This document shows, one piece after another, positions 50,244 to 60,921 of a DNA stretch of 64,000 nucleotides. Under the pieces are notes generated by a model that searched no databases, had not been told where the DNA came from, and saw only the letters and a list, made by a program, of their open reading frames with translations. Every line of letters begins with the position of its first letter. Position 1 is the stretch's first letter. The DNA is from Pseudogymnoascus verrucosus (taxonomy: Eukaryota). Location of the stretch: the NCBI GenBank assembly GCA_001662655.1, contig KV460208.1, one strand, 5' to 3'. The position numbers and the translations under genes are program-made.

Positions 50244-52334
50244 ATGGATACCTTCGAACCACTCGACACCATCGACTCCATAATCCCCTCACAAGTTGAG
50301 ATGGAGACAACCGAACCACCCCCAAAGCTCAAGGGGAGACAACGCTTCCTCCACAGCCTTCAACGAATGTCCTCGGCGACCTCCCTCAAGGGACTCAGCA
50401 GGAAACGTGCCATAAGCAATCCATACTCGAGCACAAGCAGCAGGGGTTCGGCAATCAGCTTCTCAAACATACAATCGAGCCAGGCGGGCAGCAGCTCGAG
50501 TTTCTCGAGGCTGGTTATGGGACAACAGGCCAATACGCCTATATCTAGCGGGAGCACTCCACCTACGCCCGTAAATGGACTGTCGAACCTCGCAAGTCGA
50601 CCGTGGACGGCGAATTTGGACGATGGAGGGCCAGGGAGTTCTCCCACCTCACACCCCGGGATACAGACAGTCGACTCTGATATCATCGAGATTGACGAGG
50701 GATACTTTGCTCATCCGGTGGCATCATCGGCTGTCAAGCCCAGCACACCGAATCCGAATTTTGATTTCTGGGGCAGCCTACCAGAGGAACTGAGACTATC
50801 AGTTTTGAGCCATTTACGACCAAAGGAGCTGGTCCGAGCATCTATCGTCAGCCGTCTCTTCTACTCAATGTGTTTTGACGGCCAACTATGGACCTGCTTC
50901 GACGCCTCCGAATTCTACACCGCCATCCCCGCCGACTCTCTAGCCAAGATCGTCTCCGCAGCCGGTCCCTTCGTCAAAGATCTCAACCTCCGCGGCTGCG
51001 TCCAAGTCGAGCACTACAACCGCGCCGACGTCGTCGTGAAATCATGCAACAACCTGATAACAGCCACCCTCGAAGGGTGCCGCAACTTCCAGCGCGCAAC
51101 CCTCCACGTCTTACTCTCCAGCAACCAGCGACTCGCGCACTTGAACCTCACGGACCTCGCGGCAGTCAACAACGGGTCTTGCAAGATTATATCCAAATCC
51201 TGCCCGCAGCTCGAGTCTTTCAATGTCTCATGGTGCAGTCATATGGACTCCCGTGGACTCAAACTCGTCATCGCTGGGTGTCCTAAACTGCGAGATCTCC
51301 GCTGCGGCGAGGTGCGTGGGTTCAGCGGCGCCGCTGGTCTCGAAGTGGCTACGGCGTTGTTTAAGACGAATAACCTCGAACGTCTCGTTCTGAGCGGATG
51401 CTCAGACATTACAGACGCGACGCTACAGACTATGATCCAAGGCTCCACAGACCCGGACACAGATATCCTCACCAACCTCCCTCTCGTCCCTGCGCGAAAG
51501 CTCCGCCACCTTGACCTCTCCCGCTGCAACCGCCTAACAGACACCGGTCTCGAGTCCCTCGCCCACTGCGTCCCCTACCTACAGGGTCTCCAACTCTCCT
51601 CCTGCGCTCTGCTAACCGACTTCTCCCTCTCCGCCCTCGTCGCCACGACACCCTACCTCACGCATTTGGATCTCGAAGAAGTGAGCAACCTGAGTAACAC
51701 CTTCCTCTCCGCCCATCTCGCGAAATCACCCTGCGCACCGCTCTTATCACACCTGACGCTGTCCTACTGCGAGAATATCGGGGACGTAGGAGTCCTCCCA
51801 CTTCTCCGCGCCGCAACGGGACTGAAGGCGTTAGACATGGACAACACCGCCATAACCGACCTCGCCCTCGCCGAAGCCGCCCTCATGGTCCGCGACCGCG
51901 CCTCCCGCACCCCCTTCCCCCTCCCAACCTTCCCGCAAGGCGCCCGCGCCACCCCAACCCTAAAACTCGTCATCTTCGACTGCCCCCACATAACCTGGCC
52001 CGGGATCCGGGAGATTCTGTCCCGGAACTCGGAGATGCTATCTCTCCCCCCCAACAGGCGGGAAGTCATAGCGCTTAAATGCTTTTATGGGTGGCAGATG
52101 ACGGTTGATGAGCATTTGAAGAGGGTGCTGGGGGGGGAGAGACATGGCGCGGAGAGGCTGGAGAGGAAGTGGGCGGAGCATATGGTTGCTAGTGAGGAGG
52201 TTGGGGAGGGGAGGGGAGGGAGGAGGAGGAGGAGAAGGGCGAGGGAGGCGGAGAGGGGGTTGGATGAGGAGGGGGGTGGGGTGGTGGGAGGAGGGAGGAG
52301 GAGGGCGAGGAGTGGGGGGTGTGTTGTTATGTGA
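50244..52334 (+). CDS. F-box/leucine-rich-repeat protein (FBXL2/20-like) with C-terminal CaaX
   Basis: F-box LPEELRLSVLSHL..KELVRASIVSR..FDGQLW, GPFVKDLNLRGC, several LxLSxCxxLTD repeats, and terminus CVVM*. Confidence 0.92.
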   Translation: MDTFEPLDTIDSIIPSQVEMETTEPPPKLKGRQRFLHSLQRMSSATSLKGLSRKRAISNPYSSTSSRGSAISFSNIQSSQAGSSSSFSRLVMGQQANTPISSGSTPPTPVNGLSNLASRPWTANLDDGGPGSSPTSHPGIQTVDSDIIEIDEGYFAHPVASSAVKPSTPNPNFDFWGSLPEELRLSVLSHLRPKELVRASIVSRLFYSMCFDGQLWTCFDASEFYTAIPADSLAKIVSAAGPFVKDLNLRGCVQVEHYNRADVVVKSCNNLITATLEGCRNFQRATLHVLLSSNQRLAHLNLTDLAAVNNGSCKIISKSCPQLESFNVSWCSHMDSRGLKLVIAGCPKLRDLRCGEVRGFSGAAGLEVATALFKTNNLERLVLSGCSDITDATLQTMIQGSTDPDTDILTNLPLVPARKLRHLDLSRCNRLTDTGLESLAHCVPYLQGLQLSSCALLTDFSLSALVATTPYLTHLDLEEVSNLSNTFLSAHLAKSPCAPLLSHLTLSYCENIGDVGVLPLLRAATGLKALDMDNTAITDLALAEAALMVRDRASRTPFPLPTFPQGARATPTLKLVIFDCPHITWPGIREILSRNSEMLSLPPNRREVIALKCFYGWQMTVDEHLKRVLGGERHGAERLERKWAEHMVASEEVGEGRGGRRRRRRAREAERGLDEEGGGVVGGGRRRARSGGCVVM

Positions 52335-52509
52335 GAGATTGATTGATTTGCGTGGACGGTGGTATGATAGGGAGGGAGGGCATTTTTTGTTTTGTTTGTC
52401 GGTAGTTCTGTGTTTGCGGTTTGGCTCTCACTTGGGGCATGGCGATGCGATGCGATGCGATGCGCTTTGTTTTGATCCATAGACTTGGTGTAGCTTTGCG
52501 CGGAGTTTA

Positions 52510-54860
52510 TGATTTTTCTGGTAGGGGTGTGGATGGATGGAGTGGATTGGTGCTGTGGATATGGATGAGTATGACTATATGACCAGAGACACTCACGAAG
52601 AGGAGCGGGGGGTTGGGTGCATGTAGAAATATCAGTAGCGAAGCAAACACGATAGATCAACGAATTTACATCTTACCATCACCACTATCATCACCATCAC
52701 CTGTTTCCCCTTCCTCTGTATCTGTCTAACCAAGAAACCCATCCACCACACCACAACGAAAAGACAAATGGCTCCAGCCCAGCCCGGAGCCATTTGTTCG
52801 GGCCCGAGACACACCTGGTGGCAACACAGTCGTTTCCAACGGCCTGAGCCTATCTGATCATGGTGAGTTCGTGTTTGAGGGGTGGAAGAGGAGGTTTGGG
52901 GTCGGGGAATGTGGATGGTGATGGTGATAGGGTCGAGGCGATGGTGGGAGGATGATGGCGCGGTAAGACGACGGCGGTGAGAAGTGCGACGACGATGACA
53001 ACGACGACGACAGCGAGAATTACACGGACTCCACCCCCCTCCCCAGAGACAGTTGAAATCATGTCAACGCTTCTATGGACTCATCGACGACAATCAATGG
53101 GTAGGTAGACACCCCATGGCTTCATTTGGATCCGCTGGTGTTTTTTGGGGGAGGAGGGGGATTTATAGCACTTTTTGGGAGGGGGGTGGATGAGCTGGAC
53201 TAGATTGGAGGGTGGGATGGATGGACTGGATTGGTGATATGGGTATAGATGGGTATGGATATATGACTGCTGTGACTCTGGCGCGTAGAGGGGAACTTGT
53301 GTGGTTGAGTGGATGTAGAATATTGGTATCAAGGGAAATGAGAATAGATCAACGAATTTACATACTCTCCATCTCCCACCCACTCCACCCCTCAATAACC
53401 AGCAAACACAAAACCTCAACCCTTTAACAACAAATCAAAATGAGTTACATCGATTTTACCCACCCCAGTAGAGTAGATGGTGTGATGGCTAGTTGGGGTA
53501 TATATACCGCTCAGCATTTCGACTTCATAACGAGACACAGACTCTGGTAATCGAGAAATCGTGGAGGATAGGATCGAGGTTCTTGAGGCTGAGATGGTGG
53601 ATAAGAACGCGCAGATTAGACGGCTTGGGGAGGATGAGGGAAGGAGGATATGGGTGACTGCTGGTGGTGGGAAGGAATGGCGGGGAGAGGGGGGTGGTGG
53701 TGAGAAGCAATGGTGGTGAAAAGCAATGGCGGCGAGAAGTAACGATGATGAGAAGTAACGATGACGAGAAGGACAATAACAGCGATGAACAACGCAGACT
53801 CCATTCCTCGCGTCATAATACAGGGGAATGAAATTCCACCGCCGCGCCCGGGGAGCTCTGAAATCAGCTGATGTCCATCTTAGTGCCATGAGGGGAAGAT
53901 AAAAAAATAGGGGCTGGGGAGGGGATTTATAGAAGAAGCTCCCCTCCACCACACCCTTTTTTGGGAAGTTGGGGGAGGGGGGAGGGTGTATCGAGCACTT
54001 GCACTTGTAAACTACTATTCGCAAACAGTTTCATCTATCACAACCTCTTAGTCCCCTGCCCCTTTCTCACCCTCTTCCTCTTGCCTCAAATTCTTTTCTC
54101 ATCCGTCCGACTTTGATTCTCTCCCCCGCCCACGCACCACGCATCTCTGCCTGAGAGAGCTCGTCGGAAACGAGTATTTAATCCCTGCGTTGCAGCCCTG
54201 TCATCTTGTGGAAACTAGGTCAATACAAAGAGCAAAAATCAAAATTCGACCAAATGGAAGGAGGGCGGGGTGGATGAACGGGAAGAGGGGTAGGGCTGGG
54301 GGTGGAGGAAGGAGTTAGGGGAGTGGTGGTGAGCGGGTGATAGTGAGAAGGAGGATGACAGTGAGAGGGTGACGACGGTGAGAGCGCACCGATGACGGGG
54401 TTGAACGACGACAAGAAGACTTCGACAACGACAACTCCCCCCCCCCCCGCGAAAAAAAATACCAAACGCAGCTTCATATAATCCCGTAGGCATCGCATCA
54501 GCAAATGTTTGTGACAGAAAACACTGATAGCTTTCCCAAGCATTATTTGCCTTTGCTTGATGGATGAGAGGGTGGAAGAGCTGCGGTGGGGGATATATAT
54601 GTGAGGTGTGGCTGCTGCGGTGTAGACCACCCTCAATTTTTTTTGGGAGGGCGGGCGGGGGGAGGGGGAATTGTATTGGGAGAGCGTATAATCTGGATGC
54701 AAATGGCATCACCTATCCTCTTTCCCAACCTCTTGCCTCTATCGCAGCCTCGCCCCCCCCTTTTTTCCTCCCCGCGACGTCTCCTATCCTGCGCGCACCA
54801 CACATCTCCAACCCAGAGAGCTCGCCGAAGAGGAGTATTTAATTCCTGCGTATAGCAACT
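52510..54860. repeat. Degenerate tandem duplication/triplication with ~670-770 bp spacing
   Basis: ATAGATCAACGAATTTACAT at ~52653 and ~53344; GGGGATWTATA at ~53157, ~53921 and ~54590; CGCACCACRCATCTC..GAGAGCTCG..GAGTATTTAATYCCTGCGT at ~54133 and ~54794. Confidence 0.7.
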
Positions 54861-55009
54861 ATCAACTATAGGCCTTACTCTATGACCTCTATCCTTAACC
54901 CTCCATGCCCTCTTTTACTAAGGTCTTCGCCCCTACAATAGGGTTTTCCCAGAACTAGGGGAATAATTTGTACAAGACAAACCCCCTACCACCAGCTTTA
55001 TTTGCCTTA

Positions 55010-56165
55010 TTACCATAGGCGATAACCGCCATCAGCAACGATATCGGTCCCAGTCGCGAAACTTGATGCATCGGATGCGAGGTAGAGGTAAGCTCCCTTC
55101 ATTTCATAGAGATCACCAATTCGTCTAAAAAGTAAGATTGTCAGCGTGAAGGGATGAAAATTTTGGCTAGGTGATCATGGAGTAGTATTGGCAAGTACAA
55201 CTTAAGGGGGGGGGGAGTAACCTACTTCACTGGAGTTTTCTCTCTTAATGTTTCTTTAACATCTTCTGAGACTGCTCCTGTAAGCCCGCTCTCGATAAAA
55301 CCTGGGGAGACAGTGTTTGCACGAGCGAAATCGACCCATTCAACTGCAAGAGACCTGCCTATTATCAGAACACCTAAAGTCAGCTGCTGGTCTTTGATTG
55401 ATATGATGAAATGCGATAAGGATGAGATCGCAGAGTCTTACACATGTGAATCACGCCTGCTTTAGACGCGTTATATGCTGTCTGAATATGAGGATAATTT
55501 ACGATGTGGCCGCTCATGCTTGCAGTTGCAACAAAGCTACCCTTCTGGAAGCCTTCGAGTTTCTTGCCATCTATGGTTGTCTGTTCCTTTGCCTGGCGCC
55601 GCCAGTGCATCCCCGCTGCCCTTGCACAATAATATACACTGTCCAGATTTGTTGCCATAACCTCACGATAATGTGAGATACTGCTATCTAAAACAGAGGT
55701 TTCGTTCCCTTTCTATGTGAGCCATGAGGGTACTAACGATTGAATCTCAACGTGATCGGTATTTAGCGTTGAACTTACATGCAATACCGCTATTAGCAAT
55801 AAAGCAGTCAAGGCGGCCATTAAACTCATTTACCACTTGATTGACAGTGGATTCTACCTCGTCTGGCTGGGTAACATCTACTTGATATGCAATACCTAAG
55901 TTTTGTTGTAGTTTGGAGTCAGCGAACTAGATCTTAAAAGATGAACGACAGACTTAAGTAAAGGCTTACATTTGACGTTATACTCCTTTGCAACCTGTTT
56001 AGCAGCATCTACTGCTGCGCCGTTCTTGTGGTACAGTATTGCCACATTGGCACCTGCTTCTGCAAGGGCTTCAGCTATCGCGAGACCAAGACCACTTCCT
56101 GCGCCCGAGACGATGGCCGTTCTCCCCGTTAGGGAAAACTGCGGGAATATGCGCGACGACGCCAT
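55010..56165 (-). CDS. Short-chain dehydrogenase/reductase (sorbose reductase / mannitol dehydrogenase / L-xylulose reductase type), 5 exons
   Basis: [37 protein letters not shown] and [10 protein letters not shown]. The spliced frame is intact. Confidence 0.9.
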
Positions 56166-56410
56166 TCTATTATCGATGGGCAATCTTTGTACGCTAGAGG
56201 TGGGTTTATGAAGAATATCAACGAGTTTTCTGGTTTTGTTCTAATGTAGGGCGCGGTGAGAGTCCCGCGCGGTAACATGCTGTAGGTGTTTAGCGCTAAC
56301 TAGATTAGGAGGACTGCACCCCAGGGAGTTGTCGGCGCGGTTGCTCTCGTTTGGTTGGTAAAACGGGCATGACAAGATTGTATATATTATTCGACATGAG
56401 AATAACTGGT

Positions 56411-56529
56411 ACATACGACCATAGACTCAAGAGAATTGGGCATCCCGTCCGCTCTGCCATACACAAGCTTGAGATCGGTGGATTAGTAGTTGGGTGGGTG
56501 ACCACCAGCGAATACCCACTGTTGTATGT
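56411..56529 (+). rRNA. Dispersed 5S rRNA gene
   Basis: 119 nt ACATACGACCATAG...CATCCCGTCCGCTCTG...TTAGTAGTTGGGTGGGTGACCACCAGCGAATA...GTTGTATGT with complementary ends, a TATA-like element about 30 bp upstream and a T-run Pol III terminator. Confidence 0.96.
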
Positions 56530-57061
56530 TTTTTGTTATTTTTGTTATTTTTGGCGCTTTTATATGTTAAATTTTGGCCCTCGAAGTTAGGGGGAGGAGG
56601 GCGGTTCAACCCGGGCGATTTAGATTTAGCTGTAGAGGAAGTGATTCGTTATGAGAGTGAGAGGATGGCAGTAAAAAGATGGCAGTGAGAGGAATAGTGA
56701 CAACACACACCAACGTCGAGAAATACGAAAGGCGACGAGCAGGAGGACGACAACGAGAACTCCGCAAACCCCGTTTTCTTTGCCTCGACAATTACCAGAT
56801 TTGTGGCGAACGCTTCTTTGGCCTGACTCTCATTATATAGGGAGTAATCTGCAAACCCGGATAGGATTCTCTCCTCAGCTTTGCCTCTTTAGCTTCGCCG
56901 AACCACGAGCATAACAAGCTACCCTTTACAGATCCATCCCTTGTCTCAACCAACTCCCCATGTGAGTTGCAAAATAGTTTGTAGACAACCGTTATTCCTT
57001 TCGTTTGAAAAACTATCACCTTAAGCACCTATTATACCACTAATCATAAAAACCAGCCCCC

Positions 57062-57495
57062 TTACTCCCCCTTCTCCTTCCCCTCCCCCTCTCCCATAAC
57101 CCCCACAATCCTCATCTCATCCTCCACCGCCCCCTCAATCCCCACACTAACCGCAGCCATCATAGCGGGTTCCGTCCTTAACGTATTCCGCTACTAATGC
57201 GTTATAGCCCTCTGCACCGTACTATCCCCCTTATTTAGGATCCTTATCTCCCTGCTCGCCATCCTAAGCTCGATGGTGCCATTAATGATGAAGATATAGT
57301 CTAGCGTGCTAGTGGTATGTAGGGCACCCTTCATTTGCTCTAGGTTAGGCGAGAACTGCTCGTTGTTAGTTCAACTTTCCGCGATGTCTGTAGATACGAA
57401 AAAAAGGAATAGGAAGGGAGAAGGAATAAACGTACATGTATCAAACAGCCCCCTGTCCCACCGGCAGTGGGGAAATGCACCTTTGGCTTTGCTTC
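57062..57495 (-). pseudogene. Cupin-domain gene remnant with two in-frame stops
   Basis: VHFPTAGGTGGCLIH|(intron 57435-57356)|FSPNLEQMKGALHTTSTLDYIFIINGTIELRMASREIRILNKGDSTVQRAITH**RNTLRTEPAMMAAV, matching cupin motifs HxTxTLDY and GDxxVQRxxxHxWRN. Confidence 0.8.
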
Positions 57496-57895
57496 GTCCT
57501 CAACCTCTACAGCCACGTCTACTACTTCGATATCTACAGCTACATCTACTACCTCGACCTCTACATCTCCCTGCGAGACCGTCTCTAGCTTAGTCTCACC
57601 GACACCCTTAATCGCCATTTGTGGGCAAAGGGGGACCTCGCACGCTCTAGCAGGATCTAGAACGCTGGCTAGCTACATAAGTGGTTCCCTACAGGTTGCC
57701 TCTCTTAACGCGTGCGCTGTACAGTGCGTCGCACAGCAGTGTTGTACGGCTATCTATTTCATTAAGGGAGCTTACTGCAACTTAAAGTATAGGCCAAGAG
57801 CGTTTGATTAAAATGTTGCAGCACCTAGAGGTATCCTATTTGATTTCTACGAGCTTCCCTATTTAACCTGCAGCCCTAAAATCTGCCCGACTTAG
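57495..57895 (+). pseudogene. 5'-truncated Ser/Thr-rich plus Cys-rich (PAN/Apple-like) extracellular protein fragment with a premature TAA
   Basis: STSTATSTT..ICGQRG..NACAVQCVAQQCCTAIYF..YCNL..FD*NV..FDFYELPYLTC..CPT*. No signal peptide is present. Confidence 0.6.
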
Positions 57896-58956
57896 CAGTA
57901 GTTAATGTACAAATTTATTAGCTGTTTTATTAGGCCTATATAGATTACCTTATAAGATCAACTTCTTCTATTTCTAGCTGCATACAGTGTGCCAATCCAT
58001 TGTATACCTAAATTCGCACCCCCACTATCGCAACGCTGCATCAGTTGTATGTTACTTTTTGGGATATATTTCCTGCCCCTATAATCCGTTTGCCCTCCAT
58101 TATGCCTACCTGGCTGTCCTTTTGTTGTGTACGTGACCCTAGTGTAGGCGTTATGCCTTATCTCTCATATCATATCATCCCATCTCACCTATATCCCCCG
58201 CCGCCCTCACAGAAACATCAAAACAAATATGTGCAGCAAAACAGGTATGCAAGCAAAGGCGCCACCAAGCAGGAAGTGAAATGAAAGAATAAGGGATCGG
58301 AAGGTAGGAAACATCATGAGAAGATAGAAGGAAGCACCAAGATAGAAGCACACGAAACTACAAAGCACTTAGATATGACGAAGGTTCAGGCCATATCATA
58401 TATGATATGACCTCTGAAAATTTAACCATATATGGTAATATCACACTATCTAATACACTGGGCATGGCGTGAAAGCTGAGCTCCTTGCCGCCTTAAGGGT
58501 GATCTTAGGTGAAGCGAGGGTGAGTAGGGTGAGGCGTAGCAACGTTTTCGAGTTAGTTTCGTATCACTCTTGCCTTAGTTTCGTAATAGTAGTAGAGAAG
58601 AGCCATTTTAGCTTTCGTACCTTACTTAGGTGCCTTGCTCTTATCTACCATTTATCTTGCGCTTTGGATGTGATGTAGCGCTTTTCCCTCTGGAGATGTG
58701 AGGTGCGTTAGGGAATGTATTATGCTAATAGTTCTTGCATGTATGATTATGAGCATAGTCACAGAAATTCGAAGGCCAGAACTGAAAGATTCCTATATTA
58801 GGTGAACGTTCTCAGAATAACTAAGTCTCGTATAATCGAGTACGCTGACTTCGACTCGATTAAAGCCTCAATGTTTTTACGCCTTCTCAGGATCAGATGT
58901 CTGCCGTCCCTTACATCAACAGAGCTCTTGGCCAGAGCTAACTCGCCTTATGGATC

Positions 58957-60495
58957 TCACAACTTAGCACGGGGCTGCTTGAGATCTTGGACACTCTCAA
59001 GGATGTCATTTCTAGTGTGTTCAATACGAGCCTGCGTCGTTTCGAATAGCCTTGGGATCCCTGATTCGGCAAACGGGATTCCTTCTGACACCATCGCTGC
59101 TACTCCCTTCCCTGAGAGGTACGCCTGTGGCATTCCATGACCGGTGAACCCAGCAATAATGAACTGACCGGGCCTTCCCGGTACCTGCCCAATGTGAGGT
59201 AGCGAGTCCGCTGAATAGCCCATAACTAGGAGATATCTGTGTTAGAATTTCTGTACGACGGCAACTTAGAGGGTGATTAGCTTACTTCCGGTCCAGATCT
59301 GGTCCACGTATGCGCCGCTCTGCTCCCAGCCGTGAAAATTTCTTTGCATGTACTGATCGAAATACTCCCTAGCAGGTTCTATCATCTCATCGTCGTTGAT
59401 GACATTGTACCAATTGCTCTTGTCCTGGTGGTATTTATTCCAGGCGCCACCGACGATAATACTTCCGTCTTCTCGAGGAATGAGGTAGTCGAACTCCCCT
59501 TCAGCCCATCTCAGAGTGTATGTCTCTGTCAGCCTCGTCACGGGACGAGTCGGTACTATCCTGCAACAAACGCCGCGCACAGGGACGATCTTGCCAGAGT
59601 ATATAGGAAGAATAGCCGGCGTATATGCATTGCTAGCGTACACCACATGGTGTGTCCTTATAGAGCCCCTTGGTGTAGTGACCGTCCACCGGCCATAATC
59701 GTCTCTCTCGGAGGAGACAGACTGAGCTGGAGTGTTTGTGTAGAGGTTTGCTCCTTGATCAACGCAATGGCTAAGAAGGTGTAGAACTAATTTATAAGGC
59801 CATATATGGCCCGCTTTATAGGTGAAACAGCCTTGAGCTCCCTTAACACGACATCTCTAGAGGCAATCAGCAGCCAATTCTACCCCTTTTCAAACTATAA
59901 ACGACTCACCTCTTCCGCATCATCCCGTCCGTAAAAGGCCACTCTGCCGACTGATTTAACGCCGGCAGCTGCCAAACTATCAAAATTGGCCTTTGCAGTT
60001 CTGCATTCTTCTGGAAGCAATTGCACGTCGATGGCTTTTGTTAGTACGAAGTCGCAGTCGATTTTCTCAGTCCGCACAAGCTCGGTAATGGCGTCAACAT
60101 GGGCACGCTCAAACTCAGCAACCTCTGCGGCGGCCTCCATGCCATGCTCTGCAGCGATGTGACCAATAGAGCTGTACGGATCTGGCTTTAAGTGACCGCC
60201 TAGTGCGATGCGTAAGCTTTAGGGTTTGAACCAGACAGTGATCCAACGACTTACCGTTTCTGCCGGTTGCTCCGGAGCATGTCTGGCGAGCCTCCAGTAT
60301 CGTGACCCTTAGCCGCTTTTGTCCTTTATTTTGTTGGTGAAGATGATACGCAACTGATGCACCAGCTATTCCTGCGCCAATAACAACAACATCTGACTCC
60401 TCTGGCACACGGTCAGAAGACACATAGTCGTCGAGTCGATGCAGCTGAGTCCTCCACCACGATGCTGTAGCATGAGGTACTGGGAAGGGGGTCAT
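58957..60495 (-). CDS. FAD-dependent oxidoreductase (DAO/PuuB-like), 4 exons
   Basis: VVVIGAGIAG, LEARQTCSGATGRNG|GH, WPYKLV, ASNAY, WTG|MGYSADSLPHIG and AGFTGHGMP. The frame is intact. Confidence 0.92.
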
Positions 60496-60735
60496 TTTCT
60501 CGTGCTAATCGTCCTTGATCAGTCTGAGGTAAAGGGACACGAGAAAATGAGGGAGCAAGAGCAGGCAAGATTTATAGGCACAGGGGTACAAGTGTGATCA
60601 GAATAAGACAACAGCTCGTACAGACTCCTTTCTTAACTACGCTATATTGGCAAAGCACGACATGTGGACCTTACATGATGCCTAGATAGACAGGTTGCAA
60701 GCCCAGTTTGTCCTCGCATTAACGATCTGGGAGTT

Positions 60736-60921
60736 GGCCGAAATAATAGCCAAGTTCGACTTAGTGGCAGAGGATAGAAGTGCGCTTGTAGGGGTGTATG
60801 CCGATGGTCTAAATAATAACCAAGTTTGGTATAGTGCTAGTGGAACACTGCCGTTGCAATAGTTTGTCTCTACTTTAACGCTGCGGGGGGCCCAAATAAT
60901 AACCAAGTTTGGCTTAGTGCT
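60736..60921 (+). repeat. Three spaced copies of a ~28-bp motif (AAATAATARCCAAGTTYGRYWTAGTG)
   Basis: Copies start at 60741, 60811 and 60894, separated by unrelated sequence. Confidence 0.8.

Noticed and set aside
56166..56183. Near-cognate TTG start for the SDR
   Set aside because: An in-frame ATG lies six codons downstream and nothing favours the TTG.
56411..56529. Starship or other 5S-targeting element insertion
   Set aside because: The 5S gene is full length and uninterrupted, and no tyrosine recombinase or transposase ORF is visible in the window.
56792..57028. 78-aa minus-strand ORF next to the 5S gene
   Set aside because: Non-ATG start and no family recognised. It may be another fragment, but I cannot support that.
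60736..60921. CRISPR-like array
   Set aside because: Only three imperfect copies with unequal spacing, in a eukaryotic locus with no cas genes.
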